Below, piece by piece: positions 19,964 to 30,547 of a DNA stretch of 64,000 nucleotides (position 1 is the stretch's first letter; each line of letters starts with the position of its first letter). A model generated the notes under the pieces. That model was not told where the DNA came from. It saw only the letters and a program-made list of their open reading frames with translations, and searched no databases. The DNA is from Methanobacteriota archaeon (GTDB lineage Archaea > Halobacteriota > Bog-38 > Methanoflorentales > Methanoflorentaceae). The translations under genes and the position numbers were made by a program. The stretch lies in contig OY970393.1 of NCBI GenBank assembly GCA_963720465.1, positions 32,001 to 96,000 of the forward strand. Direction: 5' to 3'.

Positions 19964-21817
19964 TCACGCACTTCGCAGCGTGATCCGTGCGCCGCGGTCA
20001 AGCGCGTCTAAGATGCGATTAGCGATGTTGGTCCCCTTTGTCACCTTGATCTCACCGCCTCGCCCGATGGTAGCTGTGAAGAGGTACTCATCATCGATCA
20101 GCACGTCTACGATGTCGCCAGGCCGGGCATCTGACGTCACAATCACGTGGCGGTCGGTGACCTCAACGTCGGCCTGTGCCGCAGCTTTTTGCGGGGACCC
20201 CTTCTCACGATTTTTGGCCTTCTTTCGTGGCTCTTCCGTCGTCTGCAGAACGTCAATGTCAATTCCGAGGACGTCTTCAACTTTTTCGATATTTTTGCCT
20301 CCCTTGCCGATCACGTGCGATATGTCCTTGTCGCTCACATAGACGTTGGCACGAGTGTCGGAGAGGATCTCGACGGTGACCGGCTCTTTGGCATACTTGT
20401 CGATCTCCTTCTCAATCTCTCGGGCGGCGAATTTCCACGTTGGTTTTGCTTTGCCTCTTTCCCGCGGGCCTACCGCCATAACAACGACCTGCCTGCTGAA
20501 GAGGTAGATCTCATGCTCGACCTTGTTCGTCTCGAAGTTCCTGACCTCGATGACCGGCCGTGCAAGATCTGCTTCGGTCATTCCCGCTGGCACTTTTACG
20601 GCAAAATGGACGTCATATACGGATTCAATCTCACCTTTCTTGAGGAATATGATCGTGTCAACAACCTGAGGAATAATACCAAATTCGACGCGGCCTATCA
20701 AGCGCTGAAGCGCATCGATCCCGCGCGTTGTATGTACGACGCCTACCATGCCCACGCCTGCGAGGCGCATGTCGGCGAACGTCCTGAAGTCGCTGGTCTT
20801 GCGAACCTCGTCATAAATCGTGTAGTCTGGTCTCACTAGCAGCAGAATGTCGGCTGTCTTGGCCATGTCGCCTTCTAGCGCGGAGTACTGCGTAATGTTG
20901 TCCGGAACCTGCAAATCGCGTGGACTTTCCATCGTCTTGACGATAAACCCTTGACCAGCAAGAAACTCTGCGACGCTTTGCGCTAACGTCGATTTACCTG
21001 ATCCTGGGGGGCCTGCGATCATTATTCCTCTTGTCGATTCGCTCAGCCGACTCTTTAGCTCGTCGGCGAATTTGTAGTCGTCGAGTTTCACTGTCGCTAT
21101 CGGGCGCACGGCCGTTATTTCGATGCCATCAGAAAACGGAGGTCGAGCAATGGCGATTCGTAACGAGCCGAGCTGAACAATCGTAGCGCCGCGGCGTTCC
21201 AGTTCAATAAAACCGTCAGAGCGTGACTTAGCTTGTTCAATAACGTCTGTAGCAATAGCGCGAATCTCCTTTTCAGTCATCCGCGTCTTTCTTATATTGA
21301 CCAATCGGAGGTCGCTTATCGAACCACGTTTTGCTCGTGGTGGTACGTCCTCTTTCAGAAACACCGACATCGTGTTACGCGTGAAGAACCGCTGCAGCAA
21401 AAGCGGCCGTTCTGCCTTTTTTTCGGGGTAGAGATATGTAACGTCCAAGCCTTTAGCGCGCGCGACCTCGCTTTGGACGATATCACTCGTAATGAACGTT
21501 GCTCCATTCTCGGCCGCGACGGTTCGTATAATCGCGTCAATCTCCCCAACTGAGGCAAGCTTGATCTCATCAGCGGTGGGTCGCCTTCCGACGTAGAGCA
21601 AGTCGACTTGACCCGAGCGTTTTCGCTCGTCGAGCGCTTTGAGCTCATTTAGTCCTTTGAAGCCGATCTCGCGTCCTTGATTCGCTTGGGCTTCGAGCTC
21701 GGAGATTACCGCTTCTGGGATGATGATAGTCGCTCCGCGAAGTTCGCCGTCGTCTATGAGCTTCGTGATCCTACCATCGATCAACACGCTTGTGTCGGGA
21801 ACGTACTTGGCTGTCAT
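19964..21817 (-). CDS. PIN-domain ATPase with KH domain (PINA/VapC-PilT family)
   Basis: VPDTSVLIDG PIN start, Walker A GPPGSGKST, YDEVR, KH motif VIGKGG. Confidence 0.93.
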   Translation of the reverse strand: MTAKYVPDTSVLIDGRITKLIDDGELRGATIIIPEAVISELEAQANQGREIGFKGLNELKALDERKRSGQVDLLYVGRRPTADEIKLASVGEIDAIIRTVAAENGATFITSDIVQSEVARAKGLDVTYLYPEKKAERPLLLQRFFTRNTMSVFLKEDVPPRAKRGSISDLRLVNIRKTRMTEKEIRAIATDVIEQAKSRSDGFIELERRGATIVQLGSLRIAIARPPFSDGIEITAVRPIATVKLDDYKFADELKSRLSESTRGIMIAGPPGSGKSTLAQSVAEFLAGQGFIVKTMESPRDLQVPDNITQYSALEGDMAKTADILLLVRPDYTIYDEVRKTSDFRTFADMRLAGVGMVGVVHTTRGIDALQRLIGRVEFGIIPQVVDTIIFLKKGEIESVYDVHFAVKVPAGMTEADLARPVIEVRNFETNKVEHEIYLFSRQVVVMAVGPRERGKAKPTWKFAAREIEKEIDKYAKEPVTVEILSDTRANVYVSDKDISHVIGKGGKNIEKVEDVLGIDIDVLQTTEEPRKKAKNREKGSPQKAAAQADVEVTDRHVIVTSDARPGDIVDVLIDDEYLFTATIGRGGEIKVTKGTNIANRILDALDRGARITLRSA

Positions 21818-21914
21818 TTCATCACGTGCGTACGATATTACTGAAGTTCGTCATATTAATCCTGCGCTCGCGCTGGTTGCGAACCCGTGAGCTTGTCGAC
21901 GGACTAGGAGCAAT

Positions 21915-22390
21915 CTACGCGTTCTTAAGGGCCACGATTTCGTCTACGCTCTCAAGTTTCCATATAAGGCTTCGGTTCTCGTTCACGATAGATTCGAGAG
22001 GCTCAGCGGGTGAATGGCCGAGGGCAGCAGCGACGTTGCTTGAGAGTTCTTTTCTCGTTATCATATTAACGAACTTTTGTCGGACACGCCGACCGTCTGT
22101 GCGATCGGTGACTTCAGCAAGCCGGCCTAATAGTGTGACGAAGGTATAGGAAGACATGTCTTTGCTGAACCTTTCGATCTCGACCGCGACGTTTGGATTC
22201 TGGCTGAAGTACTGGATCTTTTTTCCCTACCTAGTCGAGAGAAAATAGAGGTAATGCCCGTCGAAAATATAGAGGAAAGGTGCGACATGAGGATACGCGT
22301 CGCCCTTGAAGGCAATCCTGCTCACGTAATTCTCACGGATTAGCGTGTCATACTCTTCTTTTTCCATATGAGGGATCTTCAGAAGTCCAT
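21915..22390 (-). pseudogene. Pyridoxamine 5'-phosphate oxidase-family flavoprotein, disrupted
   Basis: SRIAF..YPHVAPFLY..YFLSTR*GKK..NPNVAVEIE continues in one frame across TAG 22227-22229. The ATG at 22390 is out of frame by 1 nt. Confidence 0.7.
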
Positions 22391-23009
22391 TTTTATCGCC
22401 AGTCAGATCTAAGAGCTTCTGCTTTATTACGGTTATTTTGATGAAAAATCGGGCAGCCAGTTTTGAGCGCTTGGTCGCGCATCTGCCCACGGCCGCGGAC
22501 GGTGCAGCTTCTTCAACAGTCACCAAGTTGGCAGCGTTTGCAGTCACCGTGTTCATGCTGCTTCCTTCGTTAGTCCCGCCCGACGCGGTTGCGTCTTTTG
22601 CCACTTTTTCGTCCGGTGCTTTAGGCGCGACATTTCTTGCTCCGTTTGCCACAAACGCTACTACTAAAAACGGGCCCAACGGCAGGCGCCATCAGCGGCA
22701 TGGTTGCTTGCGCAACGCTGTTATGGTATATTTTGGTTTCCAGCAAACAGCCCCTCAGATAACCGGAATCAACGTAGCGTCCCTCCTCTAGGCCTACTCG
22801 ATCTGCATTTCATCGGGATCCCTGTCTCATTTGTAGTGGTTATCGTGTTAACCTCATCACAAGAAACCGGCTGAAGAGCATATTACAAAAGCGCTCACGG
22901 AAATATCGTAGGCAATCGTTGGTCAGTTATCGATTCACGCTGAGCGTAAGCCGGGCTAACGAATGCTTGCAGGTAGCTCGGAGTGCGGAGCTTTGCTACG
23001 TTACGCGTT

Positions 23010-24329
23010 CTAGGATCGGGAAAAAGCGTTGGCGTTGGCGACAAATAAGTCAAACTCGTGCGGCAGCGAGTAAACGTGCGTGTGGAGATATGACGCTAAA
23101 ACGTTGCCCTCCACGATGCCATCGCGGCCATCGATTCCATCACCTTTCGTTACGCGATACGCGAATCGCGCGTCGCGATCTACTGATGCGGTCGAGTAGT
23201 GATATTCGTGGCCGCGCAACGTGTCGCCGCTGCGTGCGATCGCACAATCTCGGACGGCTTCCACCTCCGCGTGTCCGAGTGCTTGTCTTTTCTGGGTCAT
23301 TTGGATATCTACAGGGAGAATATTGGTCAGTGAAACTCTCTTGCGCTCAACCGTAGACAGCGACCGCGACAGATACATAAGCCCCCCGCACTCCCCATAT
23401 ACCGGCATGCCGTCGTCTGCATTTGTTTTTACGCCCTCGAGAAGGCGACGATTTGCGCTTAGCTGCGTAGCGTGAAGTTCGGGATAGCCGCCGCCGAAGT
23501 ATAATCCGTCTACATCGGGCAGGGCGTCGCGAATCGGAGAGAAATAGACGACTCGGGCGCGCTTTTGTATCGATTCTATGTTTGAGCGATAATAGAAGCA
23601 GAACGCAGCATCCATCGCGATTCCGATCACCGCATCGCGCGTTCTTTTGAACTCCGACGGTCTGTCGAGCGTGAGTTCGGCCGCTGCTTGTTGGATGAAC
23701 TCGATATCGAGCGAGTCGTAAATTGACTTCAGGGCAGAAGCAGTCAACGACGTTTCTGCTCCCATGTACAAACCTAGGTGGCGTGATGGAATTCCAGAAG
23801 CGTCCCGTTCAATGGTCCCTATCAGTGGGACTTGTATTGCCTTCAATGACCGGCGAATGCTTTCAGCGTGCTTTCCACTGCCAACGCGGTTCGCTATGAC
23901 GCCGGCGATCGTCAGTTTGTACGGAGTGAACGACGAGTACTTGATAAATCCCAAGGCCTGCGCCGCGACGCTTTCAGATGAAGTGCTCGCATCGACCACG
24001 AGAAGAATAGGAATCTTGAGGAGGTCTGCGATCTTAGCGCAGCTTGATACCCCATCATAGAGGCCCATTGCGCCTTCTATAACTGCATAGTCGGCGTCGC
24101 CTTTTGCAAGCTCTCGCTTGATTCCTTCCTCTCCCATCATAAAGGAATCAAGGTTGTAACAGGGCGCGTTTGTCACCTTCTCGAGGTGACTGGGATCGAT
24201 GAAATCCGGGCCCACTTTGAACGATTGGACGCTATATCCTGATTCTTTTAGTGCTTTCAGAATGGCCAGCGTGATCGTGGTCTTGCCTATCCCGCTCTGA
24301 GTTCCTGCGATGAGGAGGCCCTTCATCAT
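23010..24329 (-). CDS. cbiA: Cobyrinate a,c-diamide synthase family (CbiA/CobB/CfbB)
   Basis: SGIGKTT, FKVGPDFIDP, EGAMGLYDG, PSRHLGL, GGGYPE, GECGGLMYL, GHEYHY. Confidence 0.92.
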   Translation of the reverse strand: MMKGLLIAGTQSGIGKTTITLAILKALKESGYSVQSFKVGPDFIDPSHLEKVTNAPCYNLDSFMMGEEGIKRELAKGDADYAVIEGAMGLYDGVSSCAKIADLLKIPILLVVDASTSSESVAAQALGFIKYSSFTPYKLTIAGVIANRVGSGKHAESIRRSLKAIQVPLIGTIERDASGIPSRHLGLYMGAETSLTASALKSIYDSLDIEFIQQAAAELTLDRPSEFKRTRDAVIGIAMDAAFCFYYRSNIESIQKRARVVYFSPIRDALPDVDGLYFGGGYPELHATQLSANRRLLEGVKTNADDGMPVYGECGGLMYLSRSLSTVERKRVSLTNILPVDIQMTQKRQALGHAEVEAVRDCAIARSGDTLRGHEYHYSTASVDRDARFAYRVTKGDGIDGRDGIVEGNVLASYLHTHVYSLPHEFDLFVANANAFSRS

Positions 24330-24514
24330 CCGTCAATGCAGGATACGTGTTAATAAATGTGCCTCACCGCCGTGCAGTGCGCATAGTGCGATAGAACTAC
24401 CAACGACGCATAGAAGCAAAAAAAAACAGAAGCCGGTGACTTAGGGAGACCCACACCGTTAAAGTAACGCTATGTCAGAAAAAAGCGGTGACGCTTGGTC
24501 CCCAAAACAATAGC

Positions 24515-24655
24515 CTATTCACTTTCCTTTTCAAAAAAAGATTTGTCGACGCCGCACGCTGGACACACCCAGTCGTCGGGAAGTTCATCAAACGGAACGC
24601 CCTCAACTTCTTCATCGTAGACCCATTCACAAATACCGCAAATCCATTTTCCCAA
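24515..24655 (-). CDS. Rubredoxin
   Basis: Not in the track. TTG start after GGTGA; [15 protein letters not shown]...[17 protein letters not shown]. Confidence 0.9.
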   Translation of the reverse strand: MGKWICGICEWVYDEEVEGVPFDELPDDWVCPACGVDKSFFEKESE

Positions 24656-24848
24656 CTAGCATCACCGTACCCTATTTTTGTGGTTGGAACGTAAATAATT
24701 TCTCCAGCTGTGGTTTGACCAACGCCTGCGTCCGAATGCATCTTCGTCACCAGGGTGCCTTCTGTTGTAATTTTAGCAGTACACCCTAACATCATCCATC
24801 GATTTCGGTGCCGTTTATCAAACGTTAAGGCCCTAGAAAGACGGAGGC

Positions 24849-25367
24849 GTGTCTCTTTTGCGAACGCTTATCTCGTTTGACGGAGCATGTTCGCCCGTGC
24901 CAATCCGTGTCTCATCTGCGATCGAAATAAGCGCCACATCACAGCTTGTTTGGGAGGTGTTCACGGACATACATCGCTGGAGCGATTGGAATCCGCTCAT
25001 CATCGAGGTGACTAGCATATCGGGAGGCACCATATGGGCGCCCGGAGGCGCCTTTGTTATGCGATACAAAAGTGAGTTCACGCCGATACAGGCGATTACT
25101 CGCTCGTTCGTACAGCAGGTCCTGCCGGGACGGAGGATTGTGTTAAGCGGCGATGTACTCGGTTCGAGAGGGACCATAATGTATAATTTCACCTCGTCTG
25201 GTCCAAAGACCATCGTATCTGCCACAGAAGTGTTTGCTGAGACTGATTCCGATTATCGCAACTATGTGATTAGCAGCAGTACGCAGCGACTTTTGACGGC
25301 GTTGCTGCGCGGGTTGAAAAACCATATCGAGAACATGGGGCATAAAGCCCGCGTGGGGCATATCTGA
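24849..25367 (+). CDS. SRPBCC/polyketide cyclase-like protein
   Basis: IEISAT..VWEVFTDIHRWSDWNP and C-terminal helix LRGLKNHIE. Confidence 0.8.
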   Translation: MSLLRTLISFDGACSPVPIRVSSAIEISATSQLVWEVFTDIHRWSDWNPLIIEVTSISGGTIWAPGGAFVMRYKSEFTPIQAITRSFVQQVLPGRRIVLSGDVLGSRGTIMYNFTSSGPKTIVSATEVFAETDSDYRNYVISSSTQRLLTALLRGLKNHIENMGHKARVGHI

Positions 25368-25595
25368 CCTGTTCACTCAATTTGCTGTCTCTTCTGTCAG
25401 GATGACGTTGCAGGGACAGAAGTGCATCTTTTGGCAAGAACGGATTAACGAAGAGACCGGCGAAGCTTGCCTCGTCACGAAGACTGAGGAGCAAACTGAG
25501 CGGCCGAACATTTGTCAGGTGCAGGCTTTGTCGTCCCCATCACAATAAGGTGAGTTGAGAATGATCAGACAAGAAACTTAGATGTGGATGCCGGG

Positions 25596-25907
25596 TCAGC
25601 CTTTGCTCTTACGCTTGTTGTTGTACTTCTTGTCCTCAGCCACGATTCGCGCTATTTCTTCCTCGTCGCGGGGAAGCTTCAAAACAAAAGACCCGTGGCA
25701 CGGCTTTACATACGTGAGCATGATGTAGTCGGGACCCACGCCAACGGGCACAGGTGGAACTCCGATTAACCGTCGGTCAAAGACCTTGAATCCAGGTCCG
25801 ACGTAATACACCTTTGGAGCGTGTTCGGCGATGTAGCGTAACGTATCTTTGAACGCCGCATTTTTGAGCAAAATCTCATAATCCATTTGTTCGATACAGC
25901 CAGCCAC
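25596..25907 (-). CDS. Conserved methanogen-type small protein (DUF1894-like)
   Basis: CIEQMDYEILL...IGVPPVPVG...YVKPCHG; family recalled, not searched. Confidence 0.65.
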   Translation of the reverse strand: MAGCIEQMDYEILLKNAAFKDTLRYIAEHAPKVYYVGPGFKVFDRRLIGVPPVPVGVGPDYIMLTYVKPCHGSFVLKLPRDEEEIARIVAEDKKYNNKRKSKG

Positions 25908-26094
25908 TTTTCTTCCCTCAAAGAATATGCTTTACTTGAACGGCGACCGAGCTTGCGATCCTTGCATGCAAGGAACTTTTTGTAGGTCTGATTCCGTTCT
26001 GATTAAGGAGTATGTAATAGATCAGCCAACTTCTTCTGGGTGCTGGCGATCCACACTCGCCCTCCGAGCACTCTTGAGCAGCTTGTTGGAGCGC

Positions 26095-26343
26095 TTACGT
26101 GAGTTCCAGGACTTCTTGGAGTCGCACTCGATTGAACCCGACGATTACGGTGTCGCCTACGACGATGACGGGAAATGAATAACCTCCGGTTAGTCGATAC
26201 ACTTCGCGCAAAACCTCTGTGCGCTTTTCGCCAGTTAGCAAATCGACGTCAACATACTCAAATTCTACGTTGTTGTCCGTGAGAAATTCCTTGGTCATGC
26301 GACAGTGCGGACACGTACTGAGAGTATAAGCCTTAACCTTCAC
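26095..26343 (-). CDS. Glutaredoxin/NrdH-like protein
   Basis: YTLSTCPHC, SFPVIVV, IVGFN. Confidence 0.9.
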   Translation of the reverse strand: MKVKAYTLSTCPHCRMTKEFLTDNNVEFEYVDVDLLTGEKRTEVLREVYRLTGGYSFPVIVVGDTVIVGFNRVRLQEVLELT

Positions 26344-26619
26344 GCTCTATCCTTTCATTTGGCTGCTATTTAAGGGTTATGAAGACGCCAACGTGGGGAC
26401 CGATCGTTCGTCTCTCAGGCGTCATCCGAAAAAATAGATCGCGGAAAAGAGGTGGAACCGCGTACAGGGGACTGAAAGGAAGCGCGTGTTTCGAGATCCT
26501 TTAGGTGTGGCACCGCAGTCAGATGCGGCATACGTGGGGCGTTTGCCGCAGGGTTCATAAAGTCGCGGGGCAATAACTTCTCGTGAGTTGTGCCTACAAC
26601 ACAGACGTGGGAGTCGGAT

Positions 26620-27561
26620 ATGCACGAGTTCACGCGCGCGAGTCGCTTGCTTAACCAGGTCAGGGTCGGAACGAGCGGGTGGAGCTACGACGACTGGGTA
26701 GGCCCCTTTTATCAGTCCAACGAAAAGCCGAAATGGCTTGACTTCTATGCCAACCTCTTTCCAACGGTGGAGATAAACAGCACGTACTATCACATCCCTA
26801 ACCAGAAGCTCACCGATATCTGGATCGAGAAGGGCCTGAAGTACGAGAGCTTCAAATACTCGCTCAAGTTCCCACGTTTCTATGAGCTTGAAGATCTTCA
26901 CGAATTGGCCTCCGAATTTGAGAACACCGTTGTTTCGCCAATTAGTCAAAACGAGCTGCTCGGCGCCATTCTCATCCAGCTTACGCCCTACGTTAAGCGC
27001 ATTGAGCACGGTTACAGGACAGGCAACTTGGAGAAGCTTGATGCGCTTCTTGCCGCGCTTCATACAGACGAATATGCTTATTTCGTCGAGTTTCGACACG
27101 CCTCATGGCTTGACAGCATGCGGCTTGATTTTGAGCCAGGAACGAAAGCGATGCTCGAACGCAACAATGTCAAGCCGTGCATCGTCGACGGGCCGTCGTT
27201 TCCGACCGTGATTGCGGATTCGGCCGTGAAAACAGGTGCGTACGTACGGTTGCACGGCAGAAACACGGAAGAGTGGTTTAAGCGGCACAGGGGGGATGAT
27301 CTCGACCAGTCGCAACGCTATGATTACAGCTACACCGAGCAGGAGTTAGTGCCGTGGAAAGAACGGATTACGAAGATCAAAACCGACCTTGGCGGCACAG
27401 AGCCGGTCTGGGTGTACTTCAACAACCATCCTCGCGGCAACGCGCCGCGTAATGCGCTAATGCTCATGCAGCTCCTCGGAATCGGCCAATCTGCGGTTGA
27501 TGCGGAGGAAACGGCAAAAAGCCCGAGTCCGACCACGCTTCAGGATTGGGCGTACCGCTGA
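26620..27561 (+). CDS. DUF72 family protein
   Basis: VGTSGWSYDDW, TVEINSTYY, EFRHASW, YVRLHGRN, RYDYSY, YFNNH. Confidence 0.93.
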   Translation: MHEFTRASRLLNQVRVGTSGWSYDDWVGPFYQSNEKPKWLDFYANLFPTVEINSTYYHIPNQKLTDIWIEKGLKYESFKYSLKFPRFYELEDLHELASEFENTVVSPISQNELLGAILIQLTPYVKRIEHGYRTGNLEKLDALLAALHTDEYAYFVEFRHASWLDSMRLDFEPGTKAMLERNNVKPCIVDGPSFPTVIADSAVKTGAYVRLHGRNTEEWFKRHRGDDLDQSQRYDYSYTEQELVPWKERITKIKTDLGGTEPVWVYFNNHPRGNAPRNALMLMQLLGIGQSAVDAEETAKSPSPTTLQDWAYR

Positions 27562-27583
27562 TGGCACCCCAAGCGTCAGTCCT

Positions 27584-27820
27584 CTATAGCTCCGATTCAG
27601 CCTTTTGGTCCTTTACGCTTGCGGGCAGGTCGTCGTACATGTCGTAGACCGCGCTTGCCCCCTCTGAAACGACCACGAACTTGCCGTCTTCGGTTCGGAA
27701 GATCACTCCATCAGCGAGGTCTGTTTCGCTAACCACTGCGGCTATAGCGTTTTTCGGCTTGCATCGGTACTCCCGCACGTCGATGCCTGTCTTCTTCTTG
27801 ACCACGAATTTCTTGGTCAC
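27584..27820 (-). CDS. Hypothetical small protein
   Basis: 78-aa ORF with GGAGG RBS, co-oriented with the ABC operon. Confidence 0.55.
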   Translation of the reverse strand: MTKKFVVKKKTGIDVREYRCKPKNAIAAVVSETDLADGVIFRTEDGKFVVVSEGASAVYDMYDDLPASVKDQKAESEL

Positions 27821-27842
27821 GTTCTCGCCTCCTTCGGTGTTT

Positions 27843-28670
27843 CTACATCTCCCTTCGCTGGGCTAAGAAAATACTCAACACGAATGCGACGATAAAGTAC
27901 ACCGCCATCACGATGAGGCTCAGGCGTACGTCAGGATAGTATTGCGCAAGCGAATACGTTTGCACGCCAACGCCAGAGGCTCCTGGGGCGGCAGTCGTGA
28001 AGATCTTATCAGTCGGGTACGGGTTTTGGAATATGTACTGCGAAATTCCGTTTGCGAAGGTAATGGAGAACCACGGCTTGAACTTCGCGACTGAACCCAC
28101 GGCATCGATAATCGGCAGTATGAGAAAGAAGGTGAAGAACGTAAGGACGAGCGAGTACACCGAACTGCGCATTATGGCGCTGAAGAGATAGGCGATCGCA
28201 AGGATGGCGAACAGGTACACGAGCGAGTACGCAAATGACAACCCGGTGTTCGCCGGGATGCTGCCATCGATGACGCGCACCGACACAACCGCTATCACGT
28301 AATAGAGCGCGATAGCGCCTACAGAAACGAGCGCGCTTGCAATGAACTTACCGACAAATATCGCCGTCTTCGTGATCGGGTTTGGAAACAGGAAGTACCC
28401 GGTTTTGGATTCGTACTCGGAAACGATCGCGTCAGCGCCAAAAAAGGTTGCGCTCAGTATAGAGAGGATGCCCAGAAACGAGAGGACGTTCAGCGTAAAC
28501 TGTGTCGGGTCTTTGGGGTATTGGGAGCCGATCGCCGGCGGAACGATCAGAAAAATGGCGCTGACGATAATCGTTAGCAGAACAATCGCAAGCAGTCGTC
28601 GTCCGCGAAGGTACTTCAAGAGTTCGTATTTCGCTACGGTCGCAATTTGTCGGACGCTGTTGGGGGCCAT
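27843..28670 (-). CDS. ABC transporter permease
   Basis: Multi-TM, DAIVSEYESKTG..PNPITK..FVGKF. Confidence 0.85.
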   Translation of the reverse strand: MAPNSVRQIATVAKYELLKYLRGRRLLAIVLLTIIVSAIFLIVPPAIGSQYPKDPTQFTLNVLSFLGILSILSATFFGADAIVSEYESKTGYFLFPNPITKTAIFVGKFIASALVSVGAIALYYVIAVVSVRVIDGSIPANTGLSFAYSLVYLFAILAIAYLFSAIMRSSVYSLVLTFFTFFLILPIIDAVGSVAKFKPWFSITFANGISQYIFQNPYPTDKIFTTAAPGASGVGVQTYSLAQYYPDVRLSLIVMAVYFIVAFVLSIFLAQRREM

Positions 28671-28672
28671 GG

Positions 28673-29605
28673 CTACGCCTCTCCTTCAGGCACGAGTTGC
28701 AGATAGACGTCTTCTATCGCCGCGCGCTGCGGCGTGTAGGAAACGACCTTGACGCCCGTGTTTAGAATCCCCCGCAGCACTCTGAACTGTGCTTCCGGAC
28801 CCCCGCTGAAGCTCACTTTGAGCGCGAGCGTTTCGGAGCGTTTCACGGACGTGATATCGTGTAGCGCTTTGATAGCTCTAAACTCGGGTGGCGTGATCGG
28901 CTCGAGTGTGTTGATGGTCACGGTGATGTCGTGCCCCGAAGAGAGGTTCGCGACTGAATCGTAGGTCAGGAGGGTTCCGCGGTCGATGATCGCCACTTTG
29001 TCACATACCTCCTGCACCTCGTACAGTAGGTGTGAGCTCATCAGTATGGTGATATCGGTCTTTATCAGTCCCTTGATAATCTCCCGCACTTCGACCATGC
29101 CGCGCGGGTCGAGGCCTGCCGTAGGCTCGTCAAGGATCAGTATGGATGGCTCGTGCAGGAGCGCTTGGGCGATTGCCAATCGCTGTTTCATTCCTTTTGA
29201 AAATTGCCCCGTTCGCTTATCAGCCACTTCGAGGAGCTTGACCTGCTCTAGAACAGCGTGCGAACGCTCGGCAATCGCTTCGCCGCGCATGCCCCGGATC
29301 GTTCCGACGTATGACAAGCATTCGTAAGGTGTCAGTTGTGGGTAGAACTCGGGCGTTTCCACGACCGCGCCCACTCCGTCAAGTGCGGCTTTGGGATGGT
29401 GGATGACGTCAACGCCGTTGAGATAGGCCTTGCCGCTCGAGGCTCTAAGCAAGTTTGTCATCACCTTTATGGTGGTCGTTTTGCCCGCTCCGTTAGGGCC
29501 GAGATATCCCACACAAATGCCCCGTTCGACGGTCAAACTGAGGTCGTTTACCGCAACGAACTGTCCGTACTTTTTCGACAAATGCTCGATTACTATCGGT
29601 TCCAT
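28673..29605 (-). CDS. ABC transporter ATP-binding protein
   Basis: GPNGAGKTT, FSKGMKQR, ILDEPT, SSH. Confidence 0.95.
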   Translation of the reverse strand: MEPIVIEHLSKKYGQFVAVNDLSLTVERGICVGYLGPNGAGKTTTIKVMTNLLRASSGKAYLNGVDVIHHPKAALDGVGAVVETPEFYPQLTPYECLSYVGTIRGMRGEAIAERSHAVLEQVKLLEVADKRTGQFSKGMKQRLAIAQALLHEPSILILDEPTAGLDPRGMVEVREIIKGLIKTDITILMSSHLLYEVQEVCDKVAIIDRGTLLTYDSVANLSSGHDITVTINTLEPITPPEFRAIKALHDITSVKRSETLALKVSFSGGPEAQFRVLRGILNTGVKVVSYTPQRAAIEDVYLQLVPEGEA

Positions 29606-29894
29606 CGTTGATCAACCTTCTCTGAGTGCCGCCTTTTGCATTCGCGTTTAAGAGCTAATTTGCTGCTGTCTATAAAGCGCATTAACCGTTTTATACATTT
29701 TGGTTGCGTGTTTATGCGAACGTAGGTGAATGTGCCCGTAGGCTCAAGGTCGCTTAAGCGAAGACTCCACTACCGCCGGTACCGCCTATTGAGTAGCATC
29801 TGCATCGTCACGTACAGATAGACGTACGCCGTGGGTTGGCGACTGCCCCTTCGCTATAGTCTAAGAAAATTAGCTATTTTGGCTTGACAATAGG

Positions 29895-29901
29895 TTTATT
29901 A
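29895..29901 (+). promoter_or_regulatory. Probable TATA box of tRNA-Val
   Basis: TTTATTA about 27-33 nt upstream of the mature tRNA 5' end. Confidence 0.45.
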
Positions 29902-29927
29902 GAGATAGATCAGATAGCAATGCGCTA

Positions 29928-30001
29928 GGGCTCGTGGTCTAGGTGGTTATGACGTCGCCTTGACATGGCGGAGGTCGCCGGTTCGAATCCGGCCGAGCCC
30001 A
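29928..30001 (+). tRNA. tRNA-Val(GAC), intronless, CCA not encoded
   Basis: Acceptor stem GGGCTCG/CGAGCCC, anticodon arm TCGCC-TTGACAT-GGCGG, T arm GCCGG-TTCGAAT-CCGGC, T-run downstream. Confidence 0.97.
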
Positions 30002-30357
30002 TCGTTCTTTTTGGGTGCTTTTACGAAATGAGGGCTCTGGGGAGCTATTTGATTTTCAGTTGTGAGAAGAAGTGATTTGAGTTCCGCAATCTGTGATTCG
30101 AGAGCAGAGAAACGAGATTCTGCTTCGGTTTCTAAACCAAGTTTAGAAACTTTTGATTTTGATTCCGCCATCAATTGTGCACTTTCTTGAGTATAAGGGA
30201 CAACCAAAAATGCTGGTTGACCGTCGTGGTCTGTTTTGTAGACATGTGCTCTTTGACCTATGATTTGGACGTATTCTTGCGGTAAACGGATCATAGGATA
30301 TTTCACATTTGGCTTTGACTTTATCGAACCGATTTTCGAGTCTCCGATGTGCTGCAA
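29947..30357 (-). CDS. Small YPxIRLP-family protein (AbrB-like fold inferred) plus coiled coil, C-terminus encoded antisense to the tRNA (copy A)
   Basis: KIGSIKSKPNVKYPMIRLP...YKTDHDGQPAFLVV. The last 17 aa (GLGRIRTGDLRHVKATS) are the tRNA read in reverse. GGTGGT RBS upstream. Confidence 0.7.
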   Translation of the reverse strand: MQHIGDSKIGSIKSKPNVKYPMIRLPQEYVQIIGQRAHVYKTDHDGQPAFLVVPYTQESAQLMAESKSKVSKLGLETEAESRFSALESQIAELKSLLLTTENQIAPQSPHFVKAPKKNDGLGRIRTGDLRHVKATS

Positions 30358-30547
30358 ATAACCACCGCGTTTTCAATGATGATAATTCAGGTGTGTTCTA
30401 ATGAAGCATATTCGCTCCGATTGACATGCAGAAAAGCTTGCGATTTCTCTGCTGGAAGTCTATGAAGAAAGGAAGTCGCCTAAACAACTTACGTGCTATA
30501 AATGACACCGGTGATAAGAGTCGATAAGAGTCAACGTAATTTTGCAA

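Noticed and set aside
22227-22229. Pyrrolysine readthrough of an in-frame TAG in the pyridoxamine oxidase-like gene
   Set aside because: TAG is one change from a Tyr codon and the gene has a second lesion (out-of-frame ATG), so pseudogenisation is simpler
26422-27099. Long antisense ORFs (this one, 15524-16102, 20147-20839, 61865-62494, 62532-63299)
   Set aside because: Shadows of well-supported genes on the opposite strand
29700-29870. Possible structured ncRNA upstream of tRNA-Val
   Set aside because: No recognisable family motif or convincing long stem by eye; an Infernal/Rfam scan would be needed
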